Positions 18,851-29,306 of a stretch of 64,000 bases of DNA are shown here, in pieces; within the stretch, counting starts at the first letter, position 1, and each line of letters starts with the position of its first letter. Source of the DNA: an uncultured Anaerolineales bacterium (lineage in GTDB: Bacteria; Chloroflexota; Anaerolineae; UBA7937; B3-Chlor); the NCBI GenBank assembly GCA_964433755.1, contig CAYSSR010000005.1:77568-141567 (forward strand), written 5' to 3'. A program made the translations under genes and the position numbers. The notes under the pieces are model-generated. The model saw only the letters and a program-made list of their open reading frames with translations. It was not told the origin of the DNA and ran no database searches.

Positions 18851-21454
18851 TTGAATCAGGCTGAGACGCGGGAGACTAGGTCACGCGGGCGCCGAAGCCA
18901 ACGGCAGCAACCTGCTCGGCACGGATGGCGCGAGACAGGCCACAGTGAGTGGCCACTTCGAGGGCTGCTCGTGTTGGTCCTGTTGCTCGGCTTCGGTCTG
19001 CGCCTATACGAGTTGGATGGCAAGGGCCTGTGGTACGACGAACTGGGCACCGCTCTCTTCACCTCACCTGACAAGTCGCCGCTCGAGGTGATCAGGGGGC
19101 CGCTGGAGGTTCCGGTCATCCCCGCTCCGCCGCTCTACTTTCTCAGCACCTACCTCTTGCGCCTGCTGAGCCAGAGCGATTTCGTCCTTCGTTTGCCCTC
19201 GGTGTTCTTCGGAGTGCTAGCCATCGCTGCCACGTACGTGGGGGGCAAGGGGCTGCTGGGTCGGCGGCAGGGGCTGGTGGCGGCATTCCTGCTGTGCACG
19301 TCCAGCTTCCACGTCCGGTATTCCCAGGAGGCCCGGTACTACGCGCTCCTGATGCTACTGGGGACGCTATCGTTGTATTTCTTCTACCGGGGCCTGCGTC
19401 ACAATGACCTCCGTTCATGGGCCGGCTATGTCATGAGTTCGACGCTGGCGGCCTATACCCACCTCTTTGCCTTCCTGTTCCTGGCGGTGCAGGGGGTGTA
19501 TGCGTTGCCTTTCTTCGTGTACGGTCGCCTCAACGCTAGAGGCGCTGCCGCGTCCCGGTCCTGGAGGAAGGAGCCTTTCCTCGCTTTCCTGGCCTCGGCT
19601 TTCTTGATGGCCTTACTCTACCTGCCCATGCTGCCCTTTACCCTCAGCGGGGTCCTTGGCCAGAAGGGTCTGGGAGGACGAGTGATCACAGCGGTGACCC
19701 CCACGAGTTTCGGCTATCTCGCCGGCATCGTGGACCTGTTCGGTGCCGGACCGGGGCTCGCTCTCCTCTGCTATCTGGCGGCTTTCTGTCTGGGTCTCTA
19801 CTTCCTCGTTAGGCAGGCGCGAGAGCAATTGGTGCTGGCTGCCTTATGGATGGTGTTGCCGTTCCTGGTGGTCTTTATGGTCCCGGCCGGTCATAGCTTT
19901 CGCCTGCGATACGTGATCTTCGTGCTGCCGGTCTTCCTCCTCGTGGTTTCAACGGGGTTGGTGGGCCTCGGAGGACTGGTCTCGGGCTGGATGGCGAGGT
20001 GGCGGACCGGAGTGGGGAAACAGGCGATGGTTCTGCCTGTCGCTGTGGCGATCTTCTGCTCCATCTTGGGCGTACTCAGTGTGGGGGCGCTGGCGAGGCT
20101 CTGGAGCGAGGGGAAGCAGCCGTGGGACAAGGCGTCCTCCTTCCTTCAGGCTGTGGTCGGGCCGTCAGAGGCGATTGTAGCCACGGGAGAGGATTTCGCC
20201 GACCGTCTCCTGTACTACGGCTACGACGCCAGCGACGTGGGGTATCTGGCTTCGTGTCCTTGTCCGGCAAGGGTGGTGCTGGAGGACTGGCACAGATTCG
20301 TGGATGTGGCGTCTGGCTACGATAGGGTCTGGCTGCTGGACCCGAATCCCAACTATCGTTATCTAGGGCCGGGCGGGACGCTGGCCCAGGAAGTGGAGAG
20401 CTACGTCTTCCTGCCGCCCATAGTGTTCAAAGGGCACGGCAGCAGCAACGCGGTAGAGAGAGATATGCTGGCTCCCTTCACCACGTCGGACATGAACGTC
20501 CTCCTGGCCCTGCCCGTGGAATCCGAACTCAGCGACGAGGAGATCATCGAGCTGGGCACAAGCGTCGCTCGCCAGGCCGACGAGATGTTTCCTCAGGAGA
20601 CGCGCCTTGACTTCACCCTGGGGGAGTTGTACAGGTTCTATGGCAACGAAGAGGAGGCGGTGGAACAGTACGAGGCCGCCATCGCCGATGACCCCGACTT
20701 CTACTCGGCCTACGAAGGTCTGGCCCTCATCCACCTCGCCCACGGGGAGCCTCAACAGGCTCTCGAGCTGTACGAGGCACTGATGGCCAGGGGGGTCATC
20801 AACGAGAGCGACTATCATTTCTTCGTGGGAAGCCTGCGTTACGTCGAAGGCGACGTGCAAGAGGCGGTGGACGAGTTTGCCCTGGCGGTTCGCATGGATG
20901 GCGACAACGCCGAGTTCCGGTTGCAGTTGGGCGACGGCTACCGGGCCTTGGGCCGGTACGACGACGCCATGGCGCAGTACCAGGAAGTCATTCGGCTGGA
21001 ACCTTCGTATGTGGGAGCCTACTCTCGACGAGCCGCCGTCTATCGCGCTGAGGGCCTCCTGGATGAGGCGGTCAACGAGTACCTGATGGCCCTCCGATTG
21101 CGGCCTGATTATGCCCTCTACCACGCCATGCTGGCCGATACCTACCGCCGCCAGGGAGCTCTCGACAAAGCGGTCTCGTCTGCAGCGGAAGCGGTACGGC
21201 TGGAGGAGGGAGAAGCGGCCTACCACGTGCTTCTGGGCGAGCTGTTTCTGGCGCTGGAGCGAGTACCTGAGGCGATAGATGAGTTCGAGACAGGTGTGGA
21301 CCTCGCTCCTGAGGTGGCACCCTACTACCTGGACCTGGGAGACGCCTACCGGCTGGCCGGGAGCGAGGAGGAGGCAGTAGCCGCCTACGAGCGCGCGCTG
21401 GAGCTGGATCCGGGCAACGAGACGGCCAGCGAGAATCTGGAAGAGCTACGCTGA
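18851..21454 (+). CDS. Membrane glycosyltransferase (GT39/ArnT-PMT-like) fused to C-terminal TPR repeats
   Basis: About 10 TM segments with the N-terminal loop motif LWYDEL typical of GT-C enzymes. The C-terminal 300 aa consist of repeated A..Y..A(L/I)..(D/R)P(D/E/S)(F/Y)..AY TPR units. A TTG start at 18851 follows AGGAGG. The ORF opens at 18830. Confidence 0.75.
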   Translation: MNQAETRETRSRGRRSQRQQPARHGWRETGHSEWPLRGLLVLVLLLGFGLRLYELDGKGLWYDELGTALFTSPDKSPLEVIRGPLEVPVIPAPPLYFLSTYLLRLLSQSDFVLRLPSVFFGVLAIAATYVGGKGLLGRRQGLVAAFLLCTSSFHVRYSQEARYYALLMLLGTLSLYFFYRGLRHNDLRSWAGYVMSSTLAAYTHLFAFLFLAVQGVYALPFFVYGRLNARGAAASRSWRKEPFLAFLASAFLMALLYLPMLPFTLSGVLGQKGLGGRVITAVTPTSFGYLAGIVDLFGAGPGLALLCYLAAFCLGLYFLVRQAREQLVLAALWMVLPFLVVFMVPAGHSFRLRYVIFVLPVFLLVVSTGLVGLGGLVSGWMARWRTGVGKQAMVLPVAVAIFCSILGVLSVGALARLWSEGKQPWDKASSFLQAVVGPSEAIVATGEDFADRLLYYGYDASDVGYLASCPCPARVVLEDWHRFVDVASGYDRVWLLDPNPNYRYLGPGGTLAQEVESYVFLPPIVFKGHGSSNAVERDMLAPFTTSDMNVLLALPVESELSDEEIIELGTSVARQADEMFPQETRLDFTLGELYRFYGNEEEAVEQYEAAIADDPDFYSAYEGLALIHLAHGEPQQALELYEALMARGVINESDYHFFVGSLRYVEGDVQEAVDEFALAVRMDGDNAEFRLQLGDGYRALGRYDDAMAQYQEVIRLEPSYVGAYSRRAAVYRAEGLLDEAVNEYLMALRLRPDYALYHAMLADTYRRQGALDKAVSSAAEAVRLEEGEAAYHVLLGELFLALERVPEAIDEFETGVDLAPEVAPYYLDLGDAYRLAGSEEEAVAAYERALELDPGNETASENLEELR

Positions 21455-21788
21455 CCTCTCGCGAGTTGGCTATTGCCCTTCGAGATTGTCGTAGCTGACC
21501 TGCAGGGTGCGCCCGGACCGGTGCAGGATTCCCCGACTTGCCTCCGTGGCACTGCCAGAGGCTGTCCTGAGCGGCGTAAGTTGCCTCTTCCGTGGGCTGC
21601 CGTCAGCGGCGGTATAAGACTAGCCGTAGTGGCAGAGGACAGACTAGCCAGAAACGCAAAGGGCCTCGAGGAGCAGAAAGCTCCCGAAGTAGAAGGCCCC
21701 CAGCAGGCCGGATCCCAGGGGTGTCGCCGCCGAGCCGAGGGCCAGAGCGCTCGGGCAGTGGGTCGTCGGAGAAGGAGCCAGGCGTGCT

Positions 21789-24107
21789 CTACGGCTCCTG
21801 GAAGACTGCCGGCACGTACGAGCGGTAGGTGGCAGAGGAAATGCTCCCATCTGAGAGCAGGCATCGATCGCTGGGAATACGATTGCCGCCGGCGTCGAAC
21901 GCAGCCAGACGCTGCATGTTCTCCGGCACATACATGCCCACGAGTACTTGATAGTGGCCTTTCTGCACGTCGCTGGGTAGACTGAGACAGTACTCGTCTG
22001 CCACGGTCTCGCCCTGTCGCCAGTAGGTGGTGGGGTAGAACCCAGCGCGGGGCTTACTGTCGCTCTGGGCCACCGTCTGGTCTCGATCATCGACCACGTG
22101 TACGAATACTGAGTAGTCCTCCGCGACTTCGTCGAGGGCCTGCCAGTACAGAGTCACGCAGCCGCATCCCGCCCTGAAGAGGCTGTCTTCGAGGTCGTAT
22201 CCCACCAAAGCCACGCTGTCGCCAAGCCGGTAGCTGAGTTCGTGCTGCGCTGCGTAGTCTGGCGTCTGTGCGGGGTCTGCCGGCAGGGCGCCGAAGACGG
22301 CCGCCTGTCCGGCCGCTGCCCCTTCCTCGTTGAAGACAGGCAGATGCTCCCCGTTGGGATAGGTGTAGAGGGCGACGTAGACACGGGCCAACGCCGGGGC
22401 GGGAAACTTGCGGCCCAAACGGACCTGGTAAGTGTCCTCGATGATTTCCCCCGCTTTCCATACTGACGTAGGGTAGTTGCCATGACCGGGGTATGAGGCG
22501 ATCTTGCCATAGGGCGTGCCATCGGGGCCGAGGAGGCTCAGGCCAACAGTGTAGTCCTGTTCCATCGCGGCCAGAGTGCGCCAGTACAAGGTGAGAGGGA
22601 CGAACTGGCCCACGGTCGCTCTCGACACTCCCAGGTCATAGCCCACCAGTTCGATCTTGTCTCCAAAGCGCAGGTTCAACTGGTCCTGGATGGGCAACGG
22701 CGCCTCCGCTGCGAGGATAGGAGGGCGGGCGTAGGCGGGCACAATGTAGCGAAACGGCGCTATGAAACCCAGGAAGAAGACGGTCAGGCTGGCCAGCAGG
22801 ATGGGCACACGGCCCAGTCTGCGAGGCGTGAGGTGGACCACACCAAGGGAGAGGAGTACGCTGACACCAGAGATGGCGGGGAGGACGTACCGCCCACGTA
22901 GAACTGGATCGGCGAAGGTGAGGGTACGATAGATAGCCACGGCACAGAAGAGCACGAGGCCCAGGAGCAGTATGAGAGCACCGCCTTTGACGGATCGGCT
23001 GGCCTTGCCCAGCAGGAAGAGGACCAGACCCACTAACCCTGCCACCGAAAGCACGCCCAGCACCTGGTAGACCCAAGTTGCCGCGTTCACGTTGCCCCAG
23101 CCGAAGATGCCCCAGAAGGACTGGTAGAAGTAGCTCAGTCCGTCCTGGAGCAAGGCCCAGTCCACCCAACTCAGACCTGCCGCAGGGTCGCGGAGATCCT
23201 CCAGGAACTGGGCCAGAACCCTGGTCGACCGGGTCGTCGCGCTGCCGAACAACACCACGCTGCGCACGAACCACCAACTCGAGACCAGGACCAGGCCGAG
23301 GAGGAGCAGCAATACCCCTCCCAGTGAGAAAACCAGGGACTTCCTGAGTCTGATACGCCTGGCCAGACCCACGCCAACAGAGACGATCACCAGAGGGATG
23401 AGGGCAAGGCCGTTGTACTTCGATAGCACAGCCAGGCCGGTGCAGACGCCCAGAGCCAGCAGCGTCCTCCATCCAGCGTCGCCCACGATCAGTCTGACCG
23501 AGAGTAGCAGGGTCAGACCAGTGAAGAGTGTGACCATGATATCGTTGTTGACAACCCCACTCATGAACAGGAAGCCAGGGGTGAAGGCGTTGATCGCCGT
23601 GGCGCCTAGAGCGATGTCGTGCCTGTCGGGAAACAACAGGCGTCCCAGCTTGTAGGTGACCAGCAGTGATAGGGTGCCCATGGCGACGGACACCAGCCTC
23701 GCCGCGTGGATGGCAAGGACGGTCCCGTGGTAGGGGAAGGCCTCGGCGTCGGAGTGGAGAAACCTGTTGGCTCCTCCTTCCATGATCCCTGTGGCGGCGA
23801 AGGGATTGGCGACGGGTGCCAGGTTGTCACTCGCGTCCACCCAGAACGTCAGGATGGCTGTCACGATGTAGTAAAGGGGTGGGTGGGTGAGCTCATCTAG
23901 CGCCGTCGTGGTATCTTCGGGTCCTGGGAGGGCCAGGTTCCTGACCAGGAATCGCACGTGCCGGTAGTGGCCGAGCTCGTCGGGACCCTCCCAGATGGGG
24001 GTAGCGACGCTGTAGACGGTGCTCAACACGAAGTGGGCCGCCAAGATGGAGGCCAGGAGCCACCGCCACTCGCTGCGCAGCCAGACCGCGAACCTGGAAG
24101 ATCTCAT
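21789..24107 (-). CDS. Membrane glycosyltransferase (GT39/ArnT-like) with duplicated C-terminal periplasmic domain
   Basis: The N-terminus has WEGPDELGHY and many TM helices of GT-C type. The C-terminal region contains two copies of a unit (LVGYDL ... LYW(R/Q) ... DY(T/S)V ...). First ATG at 24107. Confidence 0.75.
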   Translation of the reverse strand: MRSSRFAVWLRSEWRWLLASILAAHFVLSTVYSVATPIWEGPDELGHYRHVRFLVRNLALPGPEDTTTALDELTHPPLYYIVTAILTFWVDASDNLAPVANPFAATGIMEGGANRFLHSDAEAFPYHGTVLAIHAARLVSVAMGTLSLLVTYKLGRLLFPDRHDIALGATAINAFTPGFLFMSGVVNNDIMVTLFTGLTLLLSVRLIVGDAGWRTLLALGVCTGLAVLSKYNGLALIPLVIVSVGVGLARRIRLRKSLVFSLGGVLLLLLGLVLVSSWWFVRSVVLFGSATTRSTRVLAQFLEDLRDPAAGLSWVDWALLQDGLSYFYQSFWGIFGWGNVNAATWVYQVLGVLSVAGLVGLVLFLLGKASRSVKGGALILLLGLVLFCAVAIYRTLTFADPVLRGRYVLPAISGVSVLLSLGVVHLTPRRLGRVPILLASLTVFFLGFIAPFRYIVPAYARPPILAAEAPLPIQDQLNLRFGDKIELVGYDLGVSRATVGQFVPLTLYWRTLAAMEQDYTVGLSLLGPDGTPYGKIASYPGHGNYPTSVWKAGEIIEDTYQVRLGRKFPAPALARVYVALYTYPNGEHLPVFNEEGAAAGQAAVFGALPADPAQTPDYAAQHELSYRLGDSVALVGYDLEDSLFRAGCGCVTLYWQALDEVAEDYSVFVHVVDDRDQTVAQSDSKPRAGFYPTTYWRQGETVADEYCLSLPSDVQKGHYQVLVGMYVPENMQRLAAFDAGGNRIPSDRCLLSDGSISSATYRSYVPAVFQEP

Positions 24108-24618
24108 GCCGCAAACCAGATGAAGCCCGCATCGACCTGGTGGTCGGTTGGCTTCAGAGCGAATACTCTTGATCGTGGACGAAGCGACCGCAGATGACCC
24201 GGTGCCACAAAGTGCGGCCACAGGGAGCACACAGAACGCATATGACGGAAGTCTTCAAAGCACTCGACCACGAACGCTGCGACCACGCCGCCGGCCGGTC
24301 CCAGCGCCTCATACAGAATCACGTTGGGCTCAATGACCATGAGTTCCGCTCATCCAGAGAGTCGGCGGCGCCAGTCTCCGGTTCTGGTCCAAGGTATGAC
24401 TATACGACTTCTGCGGGCAAAAGACCACCTGGGTTCTGTGTCGGCTACGTGTGTCAGAGATCCATGTGGCATTGTTGAACTATGGTGGTCCCGTACGAGC
24501 GAAAGGGGTATAATGGACATGATCCTCCAGGGCGGATGGATGCTCGTGCGCAGGAAGCTGTTGAGCTGGGAGGCTCGGCGGCGTATGATGCTCACGAGAT
24601 GGTGGAGAGGGAGCGGAA

Positions 24619-25245
24619 ATGGACTCAACGAGCCGATGGGGCGCGATTCGGAGAGGAATCAGAAGCAGAGGACGCGAGATAGCGCTCATCGTTGTTCTCT
24701 TGCTGATCAACTATCTCATCTTCAGCCGTCTGATGCTCATGGTCTCGGGAGGCCGCCAGCCGACTCCCACACCTACGAGGACCGCCAAACCCACCTTCAC
24801 CCCCTTCAACGTGGTGGTCGCTACGCCCACTGTGCCGGCTGAACCTACGCCTACGACCGAACCGACGCCGGCGATCTCTCCAACTCCGAGCACACACGTC
24901 GTACAGGAGGGGGAGACTCTGAGCGAGATCGCGCGTACGTACGGCGTTACCGTGGACGCTATCGTCCAGGCGAACGACCTGGGGGACGCAGATGCCATCA
25001 TCAGAGAGGGGCAGGTGCTGGTGATCCCGGTGTCACCCGCGCCCGTTCCATCAGAGGAGGGCACAGAGGTGGCAGCGTCCACTCCATCCTCGACGGTGGG
25101 GCAGAGGGTACACGTCGTGCAGGAGGGGGAGACCTTGAGCGAGATCGCCCGGATGTATGGTGTAACGACGGACGCGCTCGCTCAGGCGAACGGGCTAGAC
25201 AATCCGAACGCGATCCGGGTGGGGCAGGCGCTGGTCATACCGTAG
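24619..25245 (+). CDS. Membrane-anchored protein with two LysM domains
   Basis: N-terminal TM anchor, Thr/Pro-rich linker, and two copies of HVVQEGETLSEIAR.YGVT.DA..QAN.L...N.I..GQ.LVIP. Confidence 0.85.
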   Translation: MDSTSRWGAIRRGIRSRGREIALIVVLLLINYLIFSRLMLMVSGGRQPTPTPTRTAKPTFTPFNVVVATPTVPAEPTPTTEPTPAISPTPSTHVVQEGETLSEIARTYGVTVDAIVQANDLGDADAIIREGQVLVIPVSPAPVPSEEGTEVAASTPSSTVGQRVHVVQEGETLSEIARMYGVTTDALAQANGLDNPNAIRVGQALVIP

Positions 25246-25287
25246 GTGGTCCGAAGCGGGGCTGGGGAAACGGGCAAGGAGGACGGA

Positions 25288-26049
25288 ATGAAGCTGAGAT
25301 ACCTGCTCATCCTGGGGATTCTGGTCTTCCTTAACGGTTTTGTCTTCACCGTGCTCCTGCTGATGGTATCGAGAGAACTCGCCGAGCCCGCGCCCACGGT
25401 GACGGCGGTGGTGACCACGGCGCCGACCCCTCAGCCGACTTTCACATCGACACCGGTGGGGCCAACTCCCACCTTCACCGCTGAGCCCACAGCGACCAAC
25501 ACCCCGGAGCCGACTGCCACAAACACCCTGGTCGTCGGGGCGCCCACTGCCACACATACCGTCGCTCTGGCAACTCCCACCGCCACCTCCCCACCGGCCA
25601 CCGCCACGGCGACTGGTGCCACTGCTACGTCCACTACAGCGCCGGCTACAGCAACGCCCACGACTCCAGCGCCCACTGCCACCGCCACGACTGCGGCGTC
25701 ATACGAGTTCATGTACACAGGGGGGATGGAGACCGAGGCCAACTGTGGGACGGTATACGTGAGGGGAAAGATCACAGGTGTGGGCGGCGAGCCGGTCGAC
25801 GGCGTAACGGTGCGCCTGAGGTGGGCTGGCAATGAGCAGTGCAAGATCAGCGGCGATGGGGAGAATCCGGGGGAATGGGGGTTCGCTCCTCTGTCTCAGG
25901 AGCATTACCATTCGCAGCTCACTTTCCTCGTCGACGTCGTGGTGAGCGAGGAGAACCCGGAGCTTCGATCGAACACGGTGGAGATCTCGTTCACCGACTG
26001 TAGCGTGGCCGGGCAGTTCACCAACATCGTCTTCGCGTACAACTGGTAG
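25288..26049 (+). CDS. Membrane-anchored protein: TM helix, Thr/Pro/Ala-rich linker, beta-rich C-terminal domain
   Basis: ATG at 25288 after AAGGAGGA. A TM helix is followed by about 120 aa of low-complexity TPTAT linker and a globular C-terminal domain of about 115 aa. Confidence 0.7.
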   Translation: MKLRYLLILGILVFLNGFVFTVLLLMVSRELAEPAPTVTAVVTTAPTPQPTFTSTPVGPTPTFTAEPTATNTPEPTATNTLVVGAPTATHTVALATPTATSPPATATATGATATSTTAPATATPTTPAPTATATTAASYEFMYTGGMETEANCGTVYVRGKITGVGGEPVDGVTVRLRWAGNEQCKISGDGENPGEWGFAPLSQEHYHSQLTFLVDVVVSEENPELRSNTVEISFTDCSVAGQFTNIVFAYNW

Positions 26050-26069
26050 CAGCAAGCTCGCGGCGCCCG

Positions 26070-26670
26070 CTACATCACGACGGGGATGGCTCTTCCGCAG
26101 GCGAGGCAAGCGGGGCTTTCTAGCCGGTTCTGGAGGACGGTTAGTCCCCGTCTCTCCACCAGCAGCTCACCACAGCCGGGGCAATAGGTGTTCTCCAGCC
26201 GATGCCCGACTACGTTGCCCAGGTACACGAACTCCAGCCCCTCTTGCTGGCCTATCTGCCATGCGCTTTCCAGCGTGCTCAGGGGTGTGGGCGGCACGTG
26301 GAAGCGATACGCCGGGTAGTAGCCGCTGACGTGCCAGGGAGTCTCCCGCCCCAACTCCTCGTGGATACGCCTGGCGATTCTCCGTAGGGTTTCCTCTCGA
26401 TGGTTCACACCGGGGATGACCAGGGTGGTGATCTCCGAGTGTACTCCGCGCTCCTTGGCATCGCGGCAATTGCGCCATACCTTCTCCACATCGATGCCAC
26501 GGCGGTGTCTTCGGACGGCCTCTGCGTCTCCCTTGATATCCACATTCATCCCTCGCGTCCAGCCCAGCGGCGGTTAGTGCGTCCAACGCCGGGGCGGTCA
26601 TGTAGCCGTTGGTGACGTAGGTGTTGTACAGACCCTGCTCCCGCGCCAGGCGGAACACCTCCAGTGACCA
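26070..26670 (-). pseudogene. Truncated, frameshifted copy of the C-terminal half of the radical SAM gene at 31941-32951
   Basis: The nucleotide sequence aligns from the stop codon inward for about 600 nt with 31941-32540 (roughly 90 percent identity by eye). A +4 nt indel near 26547 splits it into two frames (ORFs 26070-26549 and 26167-26658). It has no CxxxCxxC-containing N-terminal half. Confidence 0.8.
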
Positions 26671-27047
26671 CGAATCGGCTGCGTCGTACTCGCGGCCGCT
26701 GCTGGAGAGCCCAACCTGGCTGCCAGCCTGCGTGAATCAAGGGACCTCCTGGACTGTCCGTGACGGCAAGTCTCTGCTTGCTTCGAGCCAGGTCGATCCT
26801 CGTGGTCAACTCAACATCGTCGTCATGGAAACGACGGCGGTCCACGTGCAACGGCGTGCCCGAAGGCCGCCGGAGAACGTACCGGCGTGGCATCACATCT
26901 GGTGGTGGACGAGCGCTGCATTCCGCCTCCCTGGGGCTAGCGCTGGTTGGCACAGTCGATCAGACAGGCCGCCTCGCCAAGTCCTGCCATGCACTATATA
27001 CTATGTTTGCCTGACCTCTGGAGTAGCGGGCCAGAGGGAGATTGAGC

Positions 27048-27734
27048 ATGGCCAAGATCCTGATCGTTGACGACGAGCCGACGATTGTCAACACGGTGCG
27101 GGCCTACCTGGAGCCGGAAGGCTATACTGTGTACACTGCTGCGGACGGCCCGTCGGCGCTCAAGGCTGCACGGTCTTTTCGTCCCGACCTCGTCATCCTG
27201 GACATCATGCTACCTGGTCTCGATGGGCTCGAGGTGCTCCGGCGCTTGCGTCAGGAATCTGACGTCTACGTGTTGATGCTCACCGCCAAGACAGAGGAGA
27301 CAGACAAGCTCGTGGGTCTGAGCATGGGAGCGGACGATTATCTCACCAAGCCTTTCAGCCCCCGCGAACTCGTGGCTCGTGCGAAAGCCATCCTGCGGCG
27401 CGGTCGCGGCGCAGACGCCCACGAGGCAACCCTCCTGTTTCGCCGTTTGCGGATCGACCCTGACGCTCGGCGGGTTTGGAAGGACGACCAACTGGTTGAA
27501 TTGACCCCCACCGAGTTCGGCTTGTTGTTTGCCCTGGCCCGGCATCGGGGACGAGTGCTGAGTCGAGAGCAGCTCATCGAAGACGTGTGGGGCTACGACT
27601 ACTACGGGGACGAGCGTGTCGTGGATGTCCACATCGGACGTCTCCGCAAGAAGGTGGAGGACGATCCGGCCAACCCACTTCTGATTGCGACCGCACGGAG
27701 CGTCGGCTACCGCTTTGAGGACGATCCAGCATGA
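27048..27734 (+). CDS. OmpR-family response regulator
   Basis: Receiver domain (ILIVDDE ... DLVILDIMLPGLDG ... TKPF) and a winged-helix C-terminus (LTPTEFGLL ... VDVHIGRLRKK ... GYRF). Confidence 0.92.
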   Translation: MAKILIVDDEPTIVNTVRAYLEPEGYTVYTAADGPSALKAARSFRPDLVILDIMLPGLDGLEVLRRLRQESDVYVLMLTAKTEETDKLVGLSMGADDYLTKPFSPRELVARAKAILRRGRGADAHEATLLFRRLRIDPDARRVWKDDQLVELTPTEFGLLFALARHRGRVLSREQLIEDVWGYDYYGDERVVDVHIGRLRKKVEDDPANPLLIATARSVGYRFEDDPA

Positions 27735-28843
27735 GACTGTTGACTCTGCTCCGGCAGCACTTGGGATGGAAGCTTTTTCTGTCCTACCTCCTCGTCCTGA
27801 TCATTGGCGTCGTAGTGCTGGACATTACCGCCGAGCTACAGATGCCCAGGGTCCTGGCCCGGAACATCACCACGCTCCAAGCTATGGAGATCGACGACCC
27901 CGTGCTGGTAGCCGACCTGGACGCGCACGTGCAGCAGGCGGTGCACCATCAACTACTCATCGCGACGTTGGCCGGCGCCGTGGTGGCTGTCGCGGCCTGC
28001 ATCTTCACCACGCGGCGCATTCTTCTGCCCATCCAGGCTATGACCCACGCCAGCCAGCGCATCTCTGCTGGGGACTACCATGAGAGAATCGAAGCGCCCA
28101 GCCAAGATGAGCTTGGGGCGTGGGCCACATCCTTCAATCAGATGGCAGAGGCCCTGGAGCGCACGGAGCGGCGGCGCCTGGAGTTGATCGGCGACGTGGC
28201 GCACGAGCTGCGCACGCCTCTTAGCGGCATCAAGAGCAGCCTGGAGGGGCTGATCGACGGCATCCTGACCTGTGAGGCGGACACCTTTTTCAGTTTGCAG
28301 CGCGAGGTGAGCCGCATGGAGCGCCTGGTTCACGACCTGGACGATCTCTCGCGTGTCGTGGCCGGACAGATTCGTCTCGAACTCCAGCCTGTCGACCTCA
28401 AGGAGCTGATCGACACGGCTGCCGCTCGCCTGCAACCGCAGTATGAAGACAAGGGTGTAGCGCTGCACCTTGAGATCCCGCCCGGCTTGCCGCAGGTGAT
28501 GGTGGACGCTAATCGGATGACGCAGGTGTTGCTCAACCTGCTGGGCAATGCGGTCCAGTATACGCCTTCCGGTGGGCAGGTGGTGATCCGCGCCTGGGCT
28601 GGCCGTGGCGAACTGGCCGTCGCCGTTCAAGATAGCGGGATTGGCATCTCCCCGGAGCACCTGCCCCACATCTTCGAGCGTTTCTATCGTGTGGACAAGT
28701 CACGCTCCCGCGCCGGCGGAGGCAGCGGCATTGGACTGACCATCGCCCAACACCTGGTCGAAGCGCATGGTGGTCACCTGCGGGCGGCCAGTGCTGGGCC
28801 CGGCCAGGGCAGCACGTTCACCATTGCGCTGCCACGCTCGTAG
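27731..28843 (+). CDS. Sensor histidine kinase (TM-HAMP-HisKA-HATPase)
   Basis: ATGA overlap with the regulator. H-box VAHELRTPL, N-box LLGNAVQYT, G-boxes DSGIGI and GGSGIGL. Confidence 0.92.
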   Translation: MRLLTLLRQHLGWKLFLSYLLVLIIGVVVLDITAELQMPRVLARNITTLQAMEIDDPVLVADLDAHVQQAVHHQLLIATLAGAVVAVAACIFTTRRILLPIQAMTHASQRISAGDYHERIEAPSQDELGAWATSFNQMAEALERTERRRLELIGDVAHELRTPLSGIKSSLEGLIDGILTCEADTFFSLQREVSRMERLVHDLDDLSRVVAGQIRLELQPVDLKELIDTAAARLQPQYEDKGVALHLEIPPGLPQVMVDANRMTQVLLNLLGNAVQYTPSGGQVVIRAWAGRGELAVAVQDSGIGISPEHLPHIFERFYRVDKSRSRAGGGSGIGLTIAQHLVEAHGGHLRAASAGPGQGSTFTIALPRS

Positions 28844-28979
28844 TTCCCCGCGTCTCTCCAAACCGTCATACAATCTTCATACTACCGCCAGCAAGTTGTC
28901 ACACTAGCAGGCTAGACTCCACGTGTAGGGTAGCGCGCGCCGGTGATTCGGCGCGCAGATTTCGCCTGCGGAGGGAGGT

Positions 28980-29306
28980 ATGCCCGATCTCAGCTTGGCT
29001 GGACTCGGCGTTCCGCTGCTGCTGTTGGGCGGGGTCATTGTGATTGCGGTGGCCACCCTGCTGCTTCATCTGCTCTTTCCCCCGACCAGGCAGAGTGTCC
29101 GGAGAGCAAGGCAGCGGCTATGGCGCATACGCTGTCCCCTTTGTGACCAGAGCCTGCATCTGACGGAGATCGGCGGTGTAAGTGTGCTAATCTGCCGCTG
29201 TTGCCAGGGAGTGTGGCTGAGCCGCGACAAGCTGGAACAGATCCTCAGACTAGATCGGCAGTCCATCACTGCAGGCACATCGATGTTATGGAAGGTGCAA
29301 CGGTGA
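28980..29306 (+). CDS. Small membrane protein with zinc-ribbon (zf-TFIIB-like) domain
   Basis: GGAGGGAGG RBS, an N-terminal TM helix, then CPLC ... 17 aa ... CRCCQGVWL, the pattern of the TFIIB-type zinc ribbon found in small bacterial proteins. Confidence 0.6.
   Translation: MPDLSLAGLGVPLLLLGGVIVIAVATLLLHLLFPPTRQSVRRARQRLWRIRCPLCDQSLHLTEIGGVSVLICRCCQGVWLSRDKLEQILRLDRQSITAGTSMLWKVQR

Noticed and set aside
21455-21788. Small ORFs in the convergent intergenic region (21385-21864, 21473-21985, 21644-22090)
   Set aside because: They overlap the 3' ends of the flanking glycosyltransferase genes out of frame. They have biased composition and no RBS.
26167-26953. ORFs 26167-26658 and 26546-26953 as independent genes
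   Set aside because: The first is simply the upstream frame of the frameshifted radical SAM fragment. The second has no motif and overlaps the fragment boundary. Both are treated as part of the pseudogene or as noncoding sequence.
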